Source: Faecousia sp.
GTDB taxonomy: Bacteria > Bacillota > Clostridia > Oscillospirales > Oscillospiraceae
DNA length: 58,773 nt
NCBI GenBank assembly: GCA_045590835.1
Contig: JAZNRW010000035.1
Location: 1 to 58,773, forward strand
Reading direction: 5' to 3'
The notes beneath the pieces are model-generated. The model saw nothing but the letters and a program-made list of their open reading frames with translations. It was not told the origin of the DNA and did no database searches. How positions within the stretch are numbered: position 1 is the first letter of the stretch; each line of letters starts with the position of its first letter. The translations under genes and the position numbers were made by a program. Positions 56,854 to 58,773 of the stretch are shown here, one piece after another.

Positions 56854-57972
56854 TTAACCAAATAATCCTTTGAGAATCTCTTTTGCAGCAACGGCAGGAT
56901 CCTTCACAGGAACCACATAATCGCAAATATCAGCATTTTTCTGCTCGGATTCCAGCGCCATAATGCGGTTGATTTTTTCTTCCAAATTCAAAGGTTTACT
57001 CAAAAGATTTCGCAGCAGGTCCTCTTTTTCGCGCTGCAGATAAATGGTAGCCACATTAGGGAAATTGGTTTTCATAGACATAGCGCCGCAAATATCCATT
57101 ACAGTCAGCACATTACGCCCTTTTGCCAATATGTTCTCAACATTCTCTTTGCAGGAGCCGTAATTGTGTCCGGCGTACATGGTAGATTCAAAAATCTCAC
57201 CACTGTCCCGCAGCTGCCGGAACGCATCCAAAGAGATATAGTGATACCACCCCTCCCCATGCAATCCCACAGAGGCATCGGTAGTATAGCTGACCAGTTT
57301 TTCAAACTTATCAGACATCTTCAGCAGTTCCTGCGCCACCTGAGTCTTTCCGCTGCCGGAAGGACCAACCAGCACCACAATCCCAGACTCCGCCTGCTCC
57401 GCAAAATTCTGTTTCAGCCGAGGGTTGTAACCATCGGATATCACCTCAACAAGTTTCAAAAACTCGTCATAGGTATTCACCGCCAGCATGCCGGTTGCGT
57501 GTTGATTCCATGGGCGGCGCATTAAAATCGGGTAGGATGTATTGGATCGGGACACATTATGCATTCCGTCATCGAACAGGATGTCCACATCTATTTTGTC
57601 TTTTCGGGAACCCATATAAATGTGATCCTGAGGGATCTCGGGAAACTCCTCCATAATTCGTTGGGCTCTGATGCTCATAAATTCCGGATACACAGAAGTG
57701 GAAACAAACACCTCTGTCATCTTGCAGAGCTTGCGAACAAATTCTTTTGCCCCCTGAATCACCGGCTGCGTCCGGAAAAAGTCAGGATCATGGAAGAATT
57801 CAAAAATTACATCCGCACGGGTTCCCAGCCTTCCCCACTTATCTACCTCGTAAATGGTAAGGGGCGGATCAAATTGATACTTTTCATTAGCCAGGCGGAT
57901 GGCATAGGGAATACATTCCATCAGTAAATCATCTATATCCAAAGCAGTTGAAAGGCGAAATCTTCTGTTCAT
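56854..57972 (-). CDS. Fusion of a HAD 5'(3')-deoxyribonucleotidase (NT5C-like) and a guanylate-kinase-like domain
   Basis: N-half LDIDD, FFRTQPVIQGAKE, VSTS, RKDK, ILFDD, RPWN; C-half GPSGSGKT, VSYTT, YHYIS, HNYGS, MDICG. Confidence 0.85.
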   Translation of the reverse strand: MNRRFRLSTALDIDDLLMECIPYAIRLANEKYQFDPPLTIYEVDKWGRLGTRADVIFEFFHDPDFFRTQPVIQGAKEFVRKLCKMTEVFVSTSVYPEFMSIRAQRIMEEFPEIPQDHIYMGSRKDKIDVDILFDDGMHNVSRSNTSYPILMRRPWNQHATGMLAVNTYDEFLKLVEVISDGYNPRLKQNFAEQAESGIVVLVGPSGSGKTQVAQELLKMSDKFEKLVSYTTDASVGLHGEGWYHYISLDAFRQLRDSGEIFESTMYAGHNYGSCKENVENILAKGRNVLTVMDICGAMSMKTNFPNVATIYLQREKEDLLRNLLSKPLNLEEKINRIMALESEQKNADICDYVVPVKDPAVAAKEILKGLFG

Positions 57973-58011
57973 GGGTACACTCTCTTTCTATTGCCTATTC
58001 AATATGTAGTT

Positions 58012-58040
58012 ATCATACCATGCCGTGATAGGAATTGCAA
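58012..58040 (-). promoter_or_regulatory. SigA-type promoter of the nucleotidase-kinase fusion gene
   Basis: TTGCAA-17bp-TATGAT with extended TG. Confidence 0.65.
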
Positions 58041-58076
58041 GGCAACATTTATACAGGTATTACTGATAGAATTCAT

Positions 58077-58105
58077 TTGACAAACTGCGGATTTATATCT
58101 ATAAT
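58077..58105 (+). promoter_or_regulatory. Consensus SigA promoter of tRNA-Ala
   Basis: TTGACA-17bp-TATAAT. Confidence 0.85.
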
Positions 58106-58121
58106 CACTTTAGTGATTTAT

Positions 58122-58197
58122 GGGCCTGTAGCGCAGCTGGGAGCGCACTACATTCGCATTGTAGGGGTCGGGAGTTCGAATCTCCTCAGGTCCACCA
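58122..58197 (+). tRNA. tRNA-Ala (anticodon CGC)
   Basis: 76-nt cloverleaf: acceptor GGGCCTG/CAGGTCC with G3:U70, anticodon arm CTACA-TTCGCAT-TGTAG, T-loop TTCGAAT, encoded CCA. Confidence 0.97.
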
Positions 58198-58233
58198 AAA
58201 AGGAACAACACCCCTTGGGTGGTGTTCCTTTTT
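58197..58233 (+). terminator. tRNA terminator
   Basis: aaaaggaacaacacc-ccttg-ggtggtgttcctttt. Confidence 0.8.
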
Positions 58234-58248
58234 GGTATTGTGATCAAA

Positions 58249-58366
58249 GAGGAGATTCGAAGATCAAAATGCGGCGCGGATGAGCGCTGCCCGCTGCGGC
58301 TTGACGCAGCGGAACCTTAATTTTCGCCAAAGGCGAAAATACAAACGAATCTCCTCAGGTCTACCA
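58249..58366 (+). repeat. tRNA-linked palindromic element ending in a copy of the tRNA-Ala 3' end
   Basis: cgaatctcctcaggtctacca (58346-58366) matches tRNA 58177-58197 at 20 of 21; left end gaggagattcg is the inverted complement of cgaatctcctc. Confidence 0.85.
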
Positions 58367-58435
58367 ATAAAAAAGCCATTCATTAGGATGGTTTTTTATT
58401 TATGTGGAATTCGCATATAGCCACCTGCAGACATA

Positions 58436-58465
58436 AAGAAGCCCCGACCTTGCGGTCGAGGCTTT
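58436..58465 (-). terminator. Terminator after the duplicated 5S 3' end
   Basis: aagcctcgacc-gcaa-ggtcggggctt-cttt on the minus strand. Confidence 0.8.
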
Positions 58466-58657
58466 GTGTTCGCGTTACTTATCTTCCGGGGGAGCGAGCC
58501 GAGCGCTGCCAGTGACAGATGCAGCGAGGTGAGCGGGTGGCCGCGGTCGGCAGATGACGAAGCCGATCTATCGGCGAGGAAAATGCCGGGCACCGCAACA
58601 GGAAGGCCAATGTATTGTCGCGCTGTCCGCAGATGTCCAGTGGACATCTGCAAGCGC
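58464..58657 (-). repeat. Degenerate copy of the 5S rRNA 3' end interrupted by a GC-rich insert, plus a 23-bp palindrome
   Basis: 58464-58487 matches 58687-58710 at 23 of 24; 58606-58620 matches 58724-58737 with a 1-nt insertion; gcagatgtcca-g-tggacatctgc at 58629-58651. Confidence 0.85.
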
Positions 58658-58688
58658 AAAAAGAGCCAGGATTTCTCCTGACTCTCTT
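58658..58688 (-). terminator. 5S rRNA terminator
   Basis: agagtcaggag-aaa-tcctggctct-tttt on the minus strand. Confidence 0.75.
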
Positions 58689-58690
58689 GT

Positions 58691-58773
58691 GTTCGCGTTA
58701 CCTATCTTCCCGGGCAGTCGCCCGCCAAGTATTGTCGGCGTACATGAGCTTAACTTCTGTGTTCGGAATGGGA
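58691..58773 (-). rRNA. rrf: 5S rRNA, 3' portion (cut by window edge)
   Basis: Minus strand TCCCATTCCGAACACAGAAGTTAAGCTC..CGCCGACAATACTTGG..GGGAAGATAGGTAACGCGAAC. Confidence 0.95.

Noticed and set aside
58035-58681. Short ORFs 58035-58283, 58396-58659 and 58466-58681
   Set aside because: They overlap the tRNA, terminators and repeat elements and lack RBS or protein motifs
58177-58773. CRISPR array or prophage at the tRNA/5S end
   Set aside because: Each repeat occurs only twice and derives from the adjacent RNA gene; there are no cas, integrase or phage genes

Overview
A mostly core-genome segment of a spore-forming clostridial bacterium (inferred from gene content, probably Oscillospiraceae-like and gut or rumen). 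It has about 63 protein genes. These include pncB, recR-ebfC-dnaX, scpAB-ytfIJ-dacB-rluB, metA, spoIID, ylxM-ffh-rpsP-khpA-rimM-trmD, a Zn-type ABC transporter, tsaA, a divergent acetate kinase, a 9-gene pur operon under a ZMP/ZTP riboswitch, a pyr operon, dusB, ttcA and rplM-rpsI. RNA genes are the large SRP RNA, tRNA-Ala(CGC) and the 3' part of a 5S rRNA. No CRISPR array, integrase or transposase is visible. Five signals stand out. (1) Nucleotide biosynthesis looks remodelled towards free NH3/CO2: carB has no carA in the operon and its small-subunit interface motifs are altered, PurF lacks its catalytic Cys and glutaminase motifs, and purE has no purK beside it. (2) PyrB carries a fused PyrI-type Zn domain only. 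(3) A stand-alone gene fuses a HAD 5'(3')-deoxyribonucleotidase to a guanylate-kinase-like domain that has lost key arginines. (4) Within 2.1 kb the 3' ends of rpsI, tRNA-Ala and 5S rRNA are each duplicated behind a terminator and a palindromic spacer. (5) The acetate kinase has substituted active-site motifs. All protein calls come from motif recognition, not database searches.
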